Of a stretch of 64,000 nt of DNA, positions 37,301 through 48,014 are shown piece by piece. The DNA is from Bacillota bacterium (lineage in GTDB: Bacteria > Bacillota > Sulfobacillia > Sulfobacillales > Sulfobacillaceae): assembly GCA_021798975.1 (NCBI GenBank), contig JAJZBJ010000001.1, positions 161-64,160 of the forward strand, written 5' to 3'. The translations under genes and the position numbers were made by a program. The notes beneath the pieces were generated by a model. It was given only the letters and a program-made list of their open reading frames with translations, was not told where the DNA came from and ran no database searches. Within the stretch, counting starts at the first letter, position 1. Every line of letters begins with the position of its first letter.

Positions 37301-37998
37301 CGGAAATTCCACTGATCTCCCGCTTGGCCTGACCAGACGGCGAAGTGTTGCCTGCCCTCCGCGGTAAGCCGGGTCACGGTTCCTGTACCCCAAATGGCGG
37401 CCGTCTGGAGGGTCAAGTTCACTTCCACGGCCGTATCCTCGTCAATCCCCACCCCCACCAGCCCGGGTCTCTCCATGAGGGCGCGAACCAGACGCGGAAA
37501 CCGGCCCCGCTGGCTAAAATGCTGGTCGACCACGGTATCGGGCCACAACCCCAATCCGCGGCCCCACTGAATCACCTGCGGACGATTCCAGGGCGTGGCC
37601 CCTTCGCCCGCAGCAATCATGTGCTCGGACATCGCGGCCGCGCCGGCCGAGGTCCCCGCCACCACTAACGTATCCGCTAGGCGCGAAACCATCAGGGGCA
37701 GAATGCCGGCGGCATGTACGTAGTTAGCCAGTATAGCCTGGTCGCCACCCGTCATGAATACCGCACGCGCTCGCATGACGAGCGCCTCCCAGTCCCCCGG
37801 GTGCCGAAGGTCCAAGTGGGCGGTGTCCACATGCGGCTCCAACACCGCCTGGTACCGCCGGTAACTCTCGTCGGGGTCGGCGGACGCGGCGGTTATGATG
37901 GCGGTCAATCCGCCCCCAGCCAGGGCAAGAAACCGCTCCAGCACTGGTCCTGCAGCCGACTTGTCCTCGGCCCCGCCTATGACATACAGAACGCCCAT
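37297..37998 (-). CDS. Cyanophycinase-like peptidase S51
   Basis: IGGAEDK, TGGDQ, GTSAGA, DQHFSQRGR, GIDEDT. Confidence 0.88.
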   Translation of the reverse strand: MGVLYVIGGAEDKSAAGPVLERFLALAGGGLTAIITAASADPDESYRRYQAVLEPHVDTAHLDLRHPGDWEALVMRARAVFMTGGDQAILANYVHAAGILPLMVSRLADTLVVAGTSAGAAAMSEHMIAAGEGATPWNRPQVIQWGRGLGLWPDTVVDQHFSQRGRFPRLVRALMERPGLVGVGIDEDTAVEVNLTLQTAAIWGTGTVTRLTAEGRQHFAVWSGQAGDQWNFR

Positions 37999-38163
37999 GA
38001 CACATCACCTAATGAAAAATTCGGGACTGAGCGGCGAACTCCTTTGTGCGCCAAACATTCCCATCCTTCAAATTTGCCGACCCTAAAAGCAGGAAATTGT
38101 GGCGTCGAGCGAGAAATTTCTTAATCTCGTAACAGCGGCTCAATTAAGGGAATGGAGGCGCTC

Positions 38164-39168
38164 ATGGACCATAACCCTGAAGACGTGCTGCAGGTCTTTC
38201 TACACCGAAGCCGTGAGGTCATTCAACAACCCAGCCTGCGCGAAAAACTGCGCGCCATCGCCGAGGCGGTGGTGGAGGCTGGGCTTTTTCGGCGAGTCGC
38301 GGTCCAGCTCTACTCGGACCAGTACGGCGAGAAACTGTTCGGCTGCGCCGGGCTCAGCGCCGATGAGGAACGGTGGATGGCGGAACATGACACGCTGAGT
38401 GCCTCCGAATACGATCGCGTCCGCGAATTCGGCGTGGACTTGGGCAACCTCTACTTTGTTCCCCACGACCAGCTCATCAACGTCGTGGAGGATTATGATT
38501 CGTATCTGCTCTCATCTCAAGCGGCGTGGAACGGGCCCGGGTTCTGGCACCCCGACGACATGCTATTTGCGCCTTTGCTGGCCGCAGGCGGCACACCACT
38601 TGGCAACCTGACCGCTGATGAGCCGTTTAACGGGCGCATTCCGACCGAAGCCACCGCCGCGTTGATGACGCCGTTCCTGGCCATCGCCTCACTGTTAGTG
38701 GAGCAAGCCTTGGAACGCCGCCGCGACACGCTCACGTCTTGCTTCAACGGGCCGTTCTTCCGTGATGAGCTGGCGCAATTGGCCTCGTCGAACCAATTGT
38801 CCGGCCTTTTGTTCTTGGATATGGACAACCTCAAGCAGATTAACGACCAGAATGGCCATGCGGCGGGGGATCGCCTCATTCAAGAAACCGCGCAGGGGCT
38901 TGAGGAAATGGTGCGAACGGTGCTGGGGCGCCATGGCACGGTGTTCCGCCTGCATGGCGACGAGTTTGTAGTCCTGATTCGCCGCGGAGCCGCCCCCATT
39001 TCGCAGCTGCGTCAGATACTCCGCGAAGAGCGGGACCGCAAGGTTCCCAACCTGAGCTTGGGAGCCGCACCGTACGAACCAGGACGTCCGCTGTGGGAAT
39101 TGCTGTTCTTCGCTGAGCAAGCCATGTACCAGGACAAATGGGCACGAAAGGGCAGGGTTACAACATGA
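38164..39168 (+). CDS. GAF-like + GGDEF domain protein (HGDEF variant)
   Basis: DTLT, DMDNLKQINDQNGHAAGD, FRLHGDEF, AEQAMY. Confidence 0.88.
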   Translation: MDHNPEDVLQVFLHRSREVIQQPSLREKLRAIAEAVVEAGLFRRVAVQLYSDQYGEKLFGCAGLSADEERWMAEHDTLSASEYDRVREFGVDLGNLYFVPHDQLINVVEDYDSYLLSSQAAWNGPGFWHPDDMLFAPLLAAGGTPLGNLTADEPFNGRIPTEATAALMTPFLAIASLLVEQALERRRDTLTSCFNGPFFRDELAQLASSNQLSGLLFLDMDNLKQINDQNGHAAGDRLIQETAQGLEEMVRTVLGRHGTVFRLHGDEFVVLIRRGAAPISQLRQILREERDRKVPNLSLGAAPYEPGRPLWELLFFAEQAMYQDKWARKGRVTT

Positions 39169-39542
39169 CTCCCACCGGTGTCGATCATGTCGTCTTGGAA
39201 GTCCATGACGTGGAACGCAGTTTAGCCTTTTATTGCGGCATCTTGGGTCTCACCCCGGAACGGGCTGACTTATTCCGTGAGGGCCGAGTCCCCTTCGCCT
39301 CCGCCCGTGCGGGCGGAGCGCTGATCGACCTCTTTCCGGCTGAAAATCCCAGTGACGGCCCGCCCCACTTCTGCCTCGCGTTTTTAGAGCCCATCGACGC
39401 TATTGTGCAGGCACTTGCCGCACGCGGCCTGCAAGTCGAGCCCCCGGAATCCCGTTATGGAGCCCAAGGAGCCGGGGACAGCGTCTATGTGCAAGATCCC
39501 GATGGACATGTGGTTGAAATTCGCAGCTACACCTCAAAATAG
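39165..39542 (+). CDS. VOC/glyoxalase family protein
   Basis: DHVVL...SLAFY, HFCL, YVQDPDGHVVE. Confidence 0.9.
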   Translation: MTPTGVDHVVLEVHDVERSLAFYCGILGLTPERADLFREGRVPFASARAGGALIDLFPAENPSDGPPHFCLAFLEPIDAIVQALAARGLQVEPPESRYGAQGAGDSVYVQDPDGHVVEIRSYTSK

Positions 39543-39609
39543 CGGTCAAATGTTGCCTCCCTCGCCCACAGTTCCCTAATCTGGGAGTACCTTGAAGGGA
39601 GGATCCGAG

Positions 39610-39867
39610 ATGATATTGCTGACGGTCGGCGCCGCGTTCCTGGTCAGCTTAGTCTTCTTCCGGCTGATGCGGAAGTTGTTTTGGATCCTGGCCGCGGCCG
39701 CCGTGGCCCTGGTCGTGGTGGGAAAAATTCCGCTCCACAATCCCAGCCTGCAATCCTTTCAACTGCTATTAGGCCTATTCGGGCATCTCACCTGGACGTC
39801 ATTACAGCAGGGCATGCACCAGTACCAACACTGGGGGCAAGCCCTGCTGCATCGCCATCTACCTTAA
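39610..39867 (+). CDS. Small membrane protein
   Basis: GGAGGA RBS, two hydrophobic segments. Confidence 0.55.
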   Translation: MILLTVGAAFLVSLVFFRLMRKLFWILAAAAVALVVVGKIPLHNPSLQSFQLLLGLFGHLTWTSLQQGMHQYQHWGQALLHRHLP

Positions 39868-40054
39868 AGATAGGCATCCTCTGTTAACGTGAACCCCCAC
39901 ACGTCATGGCCCTGACAGGTCGGGCAGGAGGCATCCGCCGTCGTGCAGCAAACGCACCAGAACATCCGGCACGCGCGGCAAAAGAATGCGTCCATCATGG
40001 GAGTCGAATGGGCTTCACAACCGCAATGCATGCAGCGAGGCATGGTGCTCCTCC

Positions 40055-41326
40055 TTATGACCGCTGGAACTGCGCCTCTTCCGTAGAGCCGGTCAGCGCA
40101 GTTGTCGACGATTGGCCGCTACTAATAGTCAAGGACACCGCATCGAAGTACCCAGCCCCCACCTCTTGTTGATGGCGGACCGCGGTGTAGCCGTCCCGCT
40201 CTCCCTGGAACTCCGCCTGCTGCAGTTTCGAGTAGGCTTGCATGCCCGTCTCCCGGTAGCTCCGGGCCAGTTCGAACATGGACCAATTCAGGGCATGGAA
40301 GCCGGCCAACGTGATGAATTGGAACTTGTAGCCCATCATCCCTAATTGGTCTTGGAAAGTCGCCAAATCGTGCTCCGTGAGCTTGTTTTGCCAGTTGAAG
40401 GAGGGCGAGCAGTTGTACGCCAGCCATTTCCCGGGAAATTGGGCATGAATCGCTTCGGCAAACTCCCGGGCTTCCCCGAGGTCGGGTGTGGATGTCTCGC
40501 ACCAAATCAAGTCTGCGTACGGGGCGTACGCCAACGCCCGGTGGATGGCCGACTCCAGCCCGGCACGTATGCGGAAGAAGCCCTCCGGCGTCCGCTGGCC
40601 GGTCAGGAAAGCCGCATCGCGGACATCAATGTCGGACGTCAGCAAGGTGGCGGCCTGTGCATCGGTTCGGGCGATGAGCAGTGTCGGCACCCCCATGACA
40701 TCCATGGCCAACCGCGCCGCCACCAAGTTTCGGACCGCTTGGCTGGTCGGAATGAGCACCTTGCCGCCCATGTGGCCGCACTTCTTCTCGGAGGATAGTT
40801 GGTCTTCAAGGTGCACCCCCGCGGCACCCGCTTCGATAAGGGCCTTGACCAGCTCAAATACATTCAGCGGTCCCCCAAATCCCGCCTCGGCGTCAGCTAC
40901 GATAGGGACAAACCAGTCGATGGGGTTGTCATGTTCCAGCCGGTCGATCTGGTCGGCCCGCATCAGGGCGCGGTTGATGCGCCGTACCATCTGCGGAACA
41001 CTATTCACGGGATAGAGAGATTGGTCCGGATACGTTTCCAACGATGCATTGCCATCCGCCGCCACTTGCCATCCGCTGAGATAGATGGCTTCCAGCCCGG
41101 CCTTGACTTCTTGAACCGCTTGATTCCCGGTGATGGCCCCCAGCGTGCGGACATAGGGCCGTTCGGACAAGAGTCCATACAGCCTCTCCGCCCCATGCCG
41201 CGCCAACGTATGCTCAACCACCAGAGAGCCTTGCAGCCGGTCCACATCTTCAGGACTGTACGGTCGGTGTATCCCGTGCCAACGGGGGTTTGTCTGCCAA
41301 TCCTCATGAATTCGGCGCTTATCCAT
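40055..41326 (-). CDS. aceA: Isocitrate lyase
   Basis: [19 protein letters not shown]...[18 protein letters not shown]. Confidence 0.98.
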   Translation of the reverse strand: MDKRRIHEDWQTNPRWHGIHRPYSPEDVDRLQGSLVVEHTLARHGAERLYGLLSERPYVRTLGAITGNQAVQEVKAGLEAIYLSGWQVAADGNASLETYPDQSLYPVNSVPQMVRRINRALMRADQIDRLEHDNPIDWFVPIVADAEAGFGGPLNVFELVKALIEAGAAGVHLEDQLSSEKKCGHMGGKVLIPTSQAVRNLVAARLAMDVMGVPTLLIARTDAQAATLLTSDIDVRDAAFLTGQRTPEGFFRIRAGLESAIHRALAYAPYADLIWCETSTPDLGEAREFAEAIHAQFPGKWLAYNCSPSFNWQNKLTEHDLATFQDQLGMMGYKFQFITLAGFHALNWSMFELARSYRETGMQAYSKLQQAEFQGERDGYTAVRHQQEVGAGYFDAVSLTISSGQSSTTALTGSTEEAQFQRS

Positions 41327-42926
41327 TCATCTGCCTCCCTTGTGGTGTCGATATCACGGAACGATCGATCAGCGCCCGGTACGCGGGCTCGGTGATAAAC
41401 TCGAGGAACTGGTCATCTAAGATGGCGGCCCGCAAAATGTCCCGGGCCACAGCCGCCTCGCGTGATCCGGCGAGGTCCTGCGCGGCCGCATCCAGCCACT
41501 GGTCCAACAGCGGCCCCGTCACTAAGCGGCCATCGGTTAAGGTGACCCGGTGGTACCGCCATTGATAGAGCTGGGCCCGGGCGATTTCCGCCGTGGCAGC
41601 ATCCTCCATCAAGTTATACAGACCCACTGCGCCTTGCCCTTTTAGCCACGCGGTCAGGTATTGCAAGCTGACCGCCAAATTGTTGCGGACGCCCGCTTCG
41701 GTGACGGCTCCGCCGGGAACCTCGAAACGAAGCAACGCGGCGGCTTGGGGAGGGGTCGTGCGATTGCGCCGATGTTTTTGATGGGGGTTGGGCCCCAAGA
41801 CGTCATCGAACGCGGCTTGAGCGGTTTCCACCAAGTCAGGATGGGCGACCCAGGTTCCGTCAAATCCCTGCTCCGCCTCCCGGCGCTTGTCATCCCGAAC
41901 CCGGCTGAGCGCCAGTCGATTGACCTCCGGGTCCCGACGGCTGGGAATGAACGCGGCCATTCCGCCAATGGCGTGGGCCCCGCGTTTGTGACAGGTGTCC
42001 ACCAGCAGCTCGGCATAGGCGCGCATAAAAGGGACCTCCATGGTCACCTGGGCGCGATCCGGCAAAACAGCGTCAGGATGCTCCCGAAACCGCTTAATAA
42101 TGCTGAACAGATAGTCCCACCGCCCCGCGTTGAGACCCACGATATGGCGACGCAGCACGTAGAGAATCTCCTCCATCTGCAGGGCGGCCGTTATGGTCTC
42201 AATGAGGACCGTGGCCTTGATGGTGCCCGGCTCCATGCCCAACGCCTGTTCGGCGTAATCGAAGACCGCATTCCAGAGGTGCGCCTCCGCGTAGGATTCC
42301 AACTTGGGCAAGTAGAAATAGGGTCCCGTACCATGCCGCTGCAGGCGGGCATGGTTGTGAAATAGGTACATGCCGAAGTCAAACAAAGCCCCCGCGAGCG
42401 GTCGGCTGTCTACCAACACGTGCGCTTCAGGAAGGTGCCAGCCCCGCGGCCGCACCACCAGCACGGCCCGGTTGGGCTTCAACTGGTATTCCTTGCCTGC
42501 GTCGGTCGTATAGTGCAGCGTCCCGTCGATGGCTTGCGCCAAGTTGGCCTGCCCCTCCAACAAGTTCTCCCATGTGGGACTTGAGGCATCCTCGAAATCG
42601 GCCATAAACACACGGGCTCCCGAGTTGAGGGCGTTGATGACCATTTTGGCGTCGGTTGGGCCGGTAATCTCCACGCGTCGGTCCATCAAATCTTCGGGAA
42701 TCGGATCGACCTGCCACGTCCCGTCATGCCGGACGCTTTCGGTTTCCGGTAAAAAGTTTAGGGATCCGCCCCTGTTCAAGCGAAGCTGTGTCTCCTGTCT
42801 TCTGGTCAGGAGATGCTGTCTTTGGGCATCAAACTGTTGATGCAAGGCCTCCAAAAAAGCCAACGCCTTGCCAGACACAAGCCACTGCTGTCGGTCCGTG
42901 ACGGGGCCGAGCACCTTCACTGCCAT
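41319..42926 (-). CDS. aceB: Malate synthase A
   Basis: [41 protein letters not shown]. Confidence 0.97.
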   Translation of the reverse strand: MAVKVLGPVTDRQQWLVSGKALAFLEALHQQFDAQRQHLLTRRQETQLRLNRGGSLNFLPETESVRHDGTWQVDPIPEDLMDRRVEITGPTDAKMVINALNSGARVFMADFEDASSPTWENLLEGQANLAQAIDGTLHYTTDAGKEYQLKPNRAVLVVRPRGWHLPEAHVLVDSRPLAGALFDFGMYLFHNHARLQRHGTGPYFYLPKLESYAEAHLWNAVFDYAEQALGMEPGTIKATVLIETITAALQMEEILYVLRRHIVGLNAGRWDYLFSIIKRFREHPDAVLPDRAQVTMEVPFMRAYAELLVDTCHKRGAHAIGGMAAFIPSRRDPEVNRLALSRVRDDKRREAEQGFDGTWVAHPDLVETAQAAFDDVLGPNPHQKHRRNRTTPPQAAALLRFEVPGGAVTEAGVRNNLAVSLQYLTAWLKGQGAVGLYNLMEDAATAEIARAQLYQWRYHRVTLTDGRLVTGPLLDQWLDAAAQDLAGSREAAVARDILRAAILDDQFLEFITEPAYRALIDRSVISTPQGRQMNG

Positions 42927-43145
42927 GGAATCCGCCTCCTTCGATGACCATCACGCGACTATATGCTCATGATATCGAGGGCCAAAGGCACCCGAACAAG
43001 ATTCCCGGCGAATAGTCGGATTTAGGCGCCGAATAGGAAGCGCGCTTGGTTCAACGGTCGGATGATTGTCCGTCGACTTGATGCCAGGCTCGATTGGAGA
43101 GACAATAACTGGGAATCCACGATCGCAACGGGAGGTGAATGAACC

Positions 43146-43928
43146 GTGGAGAAAACCCCTTTACTCAGCGTGAGCCCAGAACCGGTGACGCTGTGGTACG
43201 AAGGCCCCACCTTTCTGGTGGCTGAGAAACCGCCAGGACTTGCGGTGCATCCGGATAGCCTGGAAGGCCCGGACAGCTTGGTCAACCGGTTATTGCAAGC
43301 GAACCGGTGGCTGGCGGAAATGGAGACGAGCCACACCCCAGGCGTGGTTCACACACTCGAGCAGGAAGACCGCGGCTTGGTCCTCGTCGCCAAATCGGAC
43401 GAAATGGCTGAGACTCTTCGCGCACAATACCGTGCGGGCCGCCTCACCTTTTCCTATCGCGTCCGCCTGCCGGATTCCGTTTCACCCCGGCAGCGGGATG
43501 ATGTCCAGATCCTGGACCATCAAACGGCCGACAACTGGGCTCTCTTTGACATTGACAGTGCCGTTGGGGATACCGGCGTGTTGCGGAGCGAGTGGCTGGG
43601 GGGCGCCGAAGACGCGTTTTTTGTCCTCTATCGGATGCGTATCCAAACCCCGGCCAAGACGCTGGAAGTCGGCCTCGCCGATCGCGTATGGCTTCCCTCC
43701 ATCGACCTGTACACGGTTCCGCCGTGAAGCGTGTGCAATGGGACGAAAGAGTTTCTTTCGGAAAATGGGTTCATCTATCGAGACCACACGTTAAGCGAGC
43801 CCGAGAATGTCGAAACCATGCGGAAATTGCGGGGTGACGAGCGCGGCATTCCGGTCATTCTGATGAATGGGCAGGTCGCCGTCGGATTTGACCGCCATCG
43901 GTTAAAGCAGAGTCTCGGCATTTACTAA
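43146..43928 (+). CDS. Probable selenoprotein: degenerate RluA-like domain fused to a glutaredoxin/NrdH domain (U-S-V-C)
   Basis: ORFs 43146..43727 and 43731..43928 are in frame; TGA 43725-43727 sits at the first Cys of a Grx CxxC (LYTVPP-U-SVC-NGTKEFL...GIPVI...GFD). Confidence 0.78.
43744..43760 (+). promoter_or_regulatory. Candidate bacterial SECIS hairpin
   Basis: CGAAAGA-GTT-TCTTTCG perfect stem; loop G lies 24 nt after the UGA. Confidence 0.6.
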
Positions 43929-43965
43929 AGCCCGCCATGCTGGGCATCATCAGGGAGGCGACACC

Positions 43966-44286
43966 ATGGCAGATTGGTCCGGCACGCTGACACTTCAGCC
44001 TGAACAAGTCGACGCGTTGGAAGCCTTTATTCGTGAACCCGACACGCGCAGGAGCGACATCTTCGACCAGGGCAGCCTGGGCCGCGACGGGGCTGTACGG
44101 GTGGACTGGATTATCAAGCACGACCTCTATGAAGGCGTGGTCGTGCATTGGAGCTTAATGTCGGCGGACGGCAACACCTTTCTATGCGGAGCGGAAAAGA
44201 GCCTCCGGGAAGCTCGCGAACTATTCGACCGCTTCACGTTGAGCCACGACGGACGCAGTTACGACATCACCGTTCGCCGCGGTTGA
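43966..44286 (+). CDS. Hypothetical protein
   Basis: GGGAGG RBS, 106-aa globular-looking ORF. Confidence 0.65.
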   Translation: MADWSGTLTLQPEQVDALEAFIREPDTRRSDIFDQGSLGRDGAVRVDWIIKHDLYEGVVVHWSLMSADGNTFLCGAEKSLREARELFDRFTLSHDGRSYDITVRRG

Positions 44287-44855
44287 TGGGTTAAGGCCAG
44301 AGGGCGGACCACCGTCATCTGCCCCTGCATGTACCCAGGGCGGGCCATCGCTCCACCCCATCCGCCCGCCCCGGATCCGCAGGGGGCCGCGCAATACCAA
44401 GCAAATTGGCCCAACCGGTTCACCCGCACCCAGGCCGTTACGATGACAGCCCCGTGCGGCGGGGCGGCCGGAATGGGCAAATTGAGGTGCAAATCGGGAA
44501 CCGTCAGGGTGTGGCTTAGGTGGTCGGCGGACACGCCCACCACCTTTTTGTCGTTCACCCATTCCACGTCATGCACCGTTCCCACCACACGGATGTCTTG
44601 GGACTGCGCCGGGAGCGGCGACACCCCGTCGTCGCGATTAACAATGGTAATCCGAACCGACTGGCCTGCCGGCATGACCCAGTTGCCGGGAAAGAAGTAG
44701 GGGCCGGGGTGGCCCTGGAGCGGCCCGGCGTGAATACTCAGCGTAATGCCAGGCCCGCTGGCAGGGAATCCTTCTGCTCCCGCCGCGCCTCCCCAAGCTG
44801 CCACAACCGCTATCGTCACCAGTCCCTTAGCCCAGGCGCCCTTGCCCACTGTCAT
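44259..44855 (-). CDS. Secreted cupredoxin-like protein
   Basis: Signal peptide; SHTLTVP...WYCAAPCG...GGAM...GYM candidate copper ligands. Confidence 0.7.
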   Translation of the reverse strand: MTVGKGAWAKGLVTIAVVAAWGGAAGAEGFPASGPGITLSIHAGPLQGHPGPYFFPGNWVMPAGQSVRITIVNRDDGVSPLPAQSQDIRVVGTVHDVEWVNDKKVVGVSADHLSHTLTVPDLHLNLPIPAAPPHGAVIVTAWVRVNRLGQFAWYCAAPCGSGAGGWGGAMARPGYMQGQMTVVRPLALTHQPRRTVMS

Positions 44856-44931
44856 TCGCCGAACCCTCCCGCGTTGTTGAGGCTAGCATGCCCAAATCTC
44901 GGCAAATTTGTGAGAACTACACCGCCTCAAA

Positions 44932-44963
44932 AAGCAGAGACCCGCGTGGGCGGGTCTCTGCTT
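44932..44963 (-). terminator. Terminator after qoxD
   Basis: AAGCAGAGACCCGC-gtgg-GCGGGTCTCTGCTT, T-run on the minus strand. Confidence 0.85.
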
Positions 44964-44987
44964 CGCTTCGCTTGGTTTGGCGCAGTC

Positions 44988-45368
44988 CTACGACACCCCG
45001 GACTTGAAGAGCATAATCCAAATCGACATGCCGACCATGCCAATGGCGATTAAGAAGACCAAGTACAGCGGAATCAACTGCCAGGCCAAGCCCCGGCCTT
45101 CCTTCAAATGCATGAACACACCCAGCTGCAGCCCGGCCTGAATGACCGCGAGAGTCAGAATGACCGACAACAGCGCCACCGGGGGCAGTACGTGGTTCAT
45201 CACCAGCAGATAGGCGGCAAAGGTGAGTACGAGCGAGCCAATGTATCCCCAGATTTGAACGGTCGGAAACTTCTCCTCATGGAATTGCGGTTTGAGGAAT
45301 CCCAGGGCGCTGTCATTATCTTCTTGATAGGCTTGTTCAGCCGTCAAGGCTTGATTGGTCTCAGACAT
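44988..45368 (-). CDS. qoxD: Quinol oxidase subunit IV
   Basis: GYIGSLVLT, QLGVFMH, SIWIM. Confidence 0.92.
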   Translation of the reverse strand: MSETNQALTAEQAYQEDNDSALGFLKPQFHEEKFPTVQIWGYIGSLVLTFAAYLLVMNHVLPPVALLSVILTLAVIQAGLQLGVFMHLKEGRGLAWQLIPLYLVFLIAIGMVGMSIWIMLFKSGVS

Positions 45369-45389
45369 GAAATCTCCCCCCTCCCGAGA

Positions 45390-46007
45390 TCATCCAATGC
45401 GGCCGTTCAAGTACACGAAGGTGTAAATGAAGATCCACACAATGTCTAGAAAGTGCCAGTACAGTGAGAACGTAAACACCTTCCGAGCCGTCTGCGCTGT
45501 GATACCCCGCTTTTTCAGCTGAAAGAGCAGCGTGACAGCCCAGAAAATCCCGAACGTTACGTGCGCTCCGTGGGTGCCGACCAAAATGTCAAAGGCCGAG
45601 AGGAATGCACTGGTGTGCCACGTCGCATGAATGGCGGCGAAGCTCACGAAGTCGTGAATCTCCGTAAACACGAAGCCCGCACCCAGCAAGATGGTCAGAA
45701 GAATCCAGTAGATGAGAGCACGGGCTTGGCCCTTGCGCATCGCGTAGATGCCAAGCCCTATCGTGAAGCTACTGGTGAGAAGCAGCAAGGTTTCCAGCAT
45801 CACAGGGCCCATCTGGAACAACTGCTGCGAGCTGGGTCCCATGGCCACCGCGTTGTGCATCACCGCGTAGGTCGAGAACAGACTCGCGAAGATGAGAATG
45901 TCGGTCACTAGGAACATCCAAAATCCTGTGATCTTGATGCTTTCCTTCTCGTTAGCAAACTCGATAGGCAGATGCTGAACGTGTTCGTCGGCCGCTGGCA
46001 TGCTCAT
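45390..46007 (-). CDS. qoxC: Quinol oxidase subunit III
   Basis: GFWMFL, LLTSS, GTHGAHV, YWHFLDIVW. Confidence 0.95.
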   Translation of the reverse strand: MSMPAADEHVQHLPIEFANEKESIKITGFWMFLVTDILIFASLFSTYAVMHNAVAMGPSSQQLFQMGPVMLETLLLLTSSFTIGLGIYAMRKGQARALIYWILLTILLGAGFVFTEIHDFVSFAAIHATWHTSAFLSAFDILVGTHGAHVTFGIFWAVTLLFQLKKRGITAQTARKVFTFSLYWHFLDIVWIFIYTFVYLNGRIG

Positions 46008-47974
46008 CCTTGCAACCTCCCTAGCGATGCCTCACTCTGCCGCACGGTATCCGCCTGCAGGTGATGATGGTCGTCGTAGTCAAAACCCGTAAACAAGAGG
46101 CACAGCACAATCCCGAGGCCGCCCACAATGACGATGGGCCACCACTTGAACGTCATTCCGAAGCCCACAACGAAGAAGGCGACGCCCAGCAGGAAGGGAA
46201 TCGGACTGTTCTTCGGCATCTCAATGTCGTGGACGTCCTCAGGCCGCAAGGCTGCCAGGCTCTGTCCCTTTTGCTTCATGTCCCACCAGGCATCGCGGCT
46301 GTGAACCACCGGGATGCGGGCGAAATTGTATTCCGGGACCGGCGAAGGCAATGACCATTCCAACGTGCGGCCATCCCACGGGTCCCCGGTGAGATCCCGC
46401 TCCCCGTATACGTAGCTCCAAACCAAGTTGAAGACCAACACCACGAATCCGGCTCCCATGATAAGAGCTCCGACAGTGGAAATGACGTTCAAATTGTGCC
46501 AGCCCAACCCGCTGGGATAGGTGTAAATACGCCGCGTCATGCCCTTCAGCCCGAGCAGGTACTGCGGCGTAAAGGTCACCCAAAAGCCGATAAAGAACAG
46601 CCAAAACGCCCATTTGCCTTGCTGCTCGTTGAGCTTCATGCCGAACATCTTGGGCCACCAGTAGTACAGCGCTGACAGGAGGCCGAACAACGTCCCGCCG
46701 ATAATGACGTTGTGGAAGTGGGCAATCAGGAAGTAGCTGTTGTGGAACTGGTAGTCTGCCGGCACGACGGCCAACAACACCCCCGTTGCACCGCCGATGA
46801 CGAAGGTCGGAATGAAAGCCAGCTGGTACAGCATCGCCACCGTATATTGCACCCGTCCACCCCACATCGTGAAGATCCAGTTGAAAATCTTCACCCCGGT
46901 GGGGATGGCGATTAGCATCGTGGATAGACCGAAGAAGACGTTGACGCCCGGTCCCGCACCCATCGTGAAGAAGTGGTGCACCCATGTGCCATAAGAGAGA
47001 AACATGATCGCTAAAATCGACACGACCATGATGGGGTAACCAAAAAGCTGCTTCTTGGAGAAGGTGGCCACAACCTCAGAGAACACCCCAAACAGCGGAA
47101 TGACGAGAATGTACACCTCGGGGTGACCGAATAGCCAGAAGAGGTTGACATACATCATGGGCATGCCGCCGTGGGCTAAGGTAAAGAACGAGGACCCAAA
47201 GACCCGGTCAAACAAACTCATGGCCAGCGCCACCGTCAACGGCGGGAAGGCGAACAGCACCAGGGCCGACGTGACCATCGCCGACCAGATGAAGAGCGGC
47301 ATGCGCATCAAGGTCATACCCGGCGCCCGCATCCGGACGATGGTGACCAAAAAGTTGATGCCCGTCATGGTCGTTCCCATACCGGCAATTAACAGCGACA
47401 GAAAGTAATAGTTTTCGCCTGGCCCGGGGTTGAACAGCAACTCGGAATAGGGCGGATACCCGGTCCAACCGGCATTCGGCGACCCCCCAATAATGAAGGA
47501 GAGGTTGAACAAAATCGCGCCGGCTGCGAATAGCCAGTAACTCATCGCGTTCAAGCGCGGGAAAGCGACGTCGCGGGCTCCGATCATCAGCGGTACCACA
47601 GCATTGAAGAGGGCGAAGATAAACGGCATGGCCATGAAGAAAATCATGATGGTACCGTGCGTGGTGAATACCTCATCGTACTGGGAAGCCGGCATAAAGT
47701 GAGCACCGGGTGCTGCCAACTGAGCTCTCAACATCTCCGCGTCGATACCGCCGCGAAGCAACATGACTAATGCGGCGATCATGTACATTACGGCGATTTT
47801 CTTGTGATCAACCGTGGTAAGCCATTCACGCCACAACCAACCCCAGCGGCGTGTCTTGGTCAACAGCCCCAGAATTCCCAGTCCCGCCAAGACTAAGCCC
47901 ACATCGATGAGCAAGATGTCGGGAAGCCGCACAGAGGGCGGAAACAGGGTGTGAGCTAAATGGGAAAACGACAT
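46004..47974 (-). CDS. qoxB: aa3-type quinol oxidase subunit I
   Basis: TVDHKKI, FTTHGTIM, GHPEVY, WVHH, AHFH. Confidence 0.96.
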   Translation of the reverse strand: MSFSHLAHTLFPPSVRLPDILLIDVGLVLAGLGILGLLTKTRRWGWLWREWLTTVDHKKIAVMYMIAALVMLLRGGIDAEMLRAQLAAPGAHFMPASQYDEVFTTHGTIMIFFMAMPFIFALFNAVVPLMIGARDVAFPRLNAMSYWLFAAGAILFNLSFIIGGSPNAGWTGYPPYSELLFNPGPGENYYFLSLLIAGMGTTMTGINFLVTIVRMRAPGMTLMRMPLFIWSAMVTSALVLFAFPPLTVALAMSLFDRVFGSSFFTLAHGGMPMMYVNLFWLFGHPEVYILVIPLFGVFSEVVATFSKKQLFGYPIMVVSILAIMFLSYGTWVHHFFTMGAGPGVNVFFGLSTMLIAIPTGVKIFNWIFTMWGGRVQYTVAMLYQLAFIPTFVIGGATGVLLAVVPADYQFHNSYFLIAHFHNVIIGGTLFGLLSALYYWWPKMFGMKLNEQQGKWAFWLFFIGFWVTFTPQYLLGLKGMTRRIYTYPSGLGWHNLNVISTVGALIMGAGFVVLVFNLVWSYVYGERDLTGDPWDGRTLEWSLPSPVPEYNFARIPVVHSRDAWWDMKQKGQSLAALRPEDVHDIEMPKNSPIPFLLGVAFFVVGFGMTFKWWPIVIVGGLGIVLCLLFTGFDYDDHHHLQADTVRQSEASLGRLQG

Positions 47975-48014
47975 ACTGATCCACCTTTCAGTGTCTATGA
48001 CTCAAGGCCACAAA

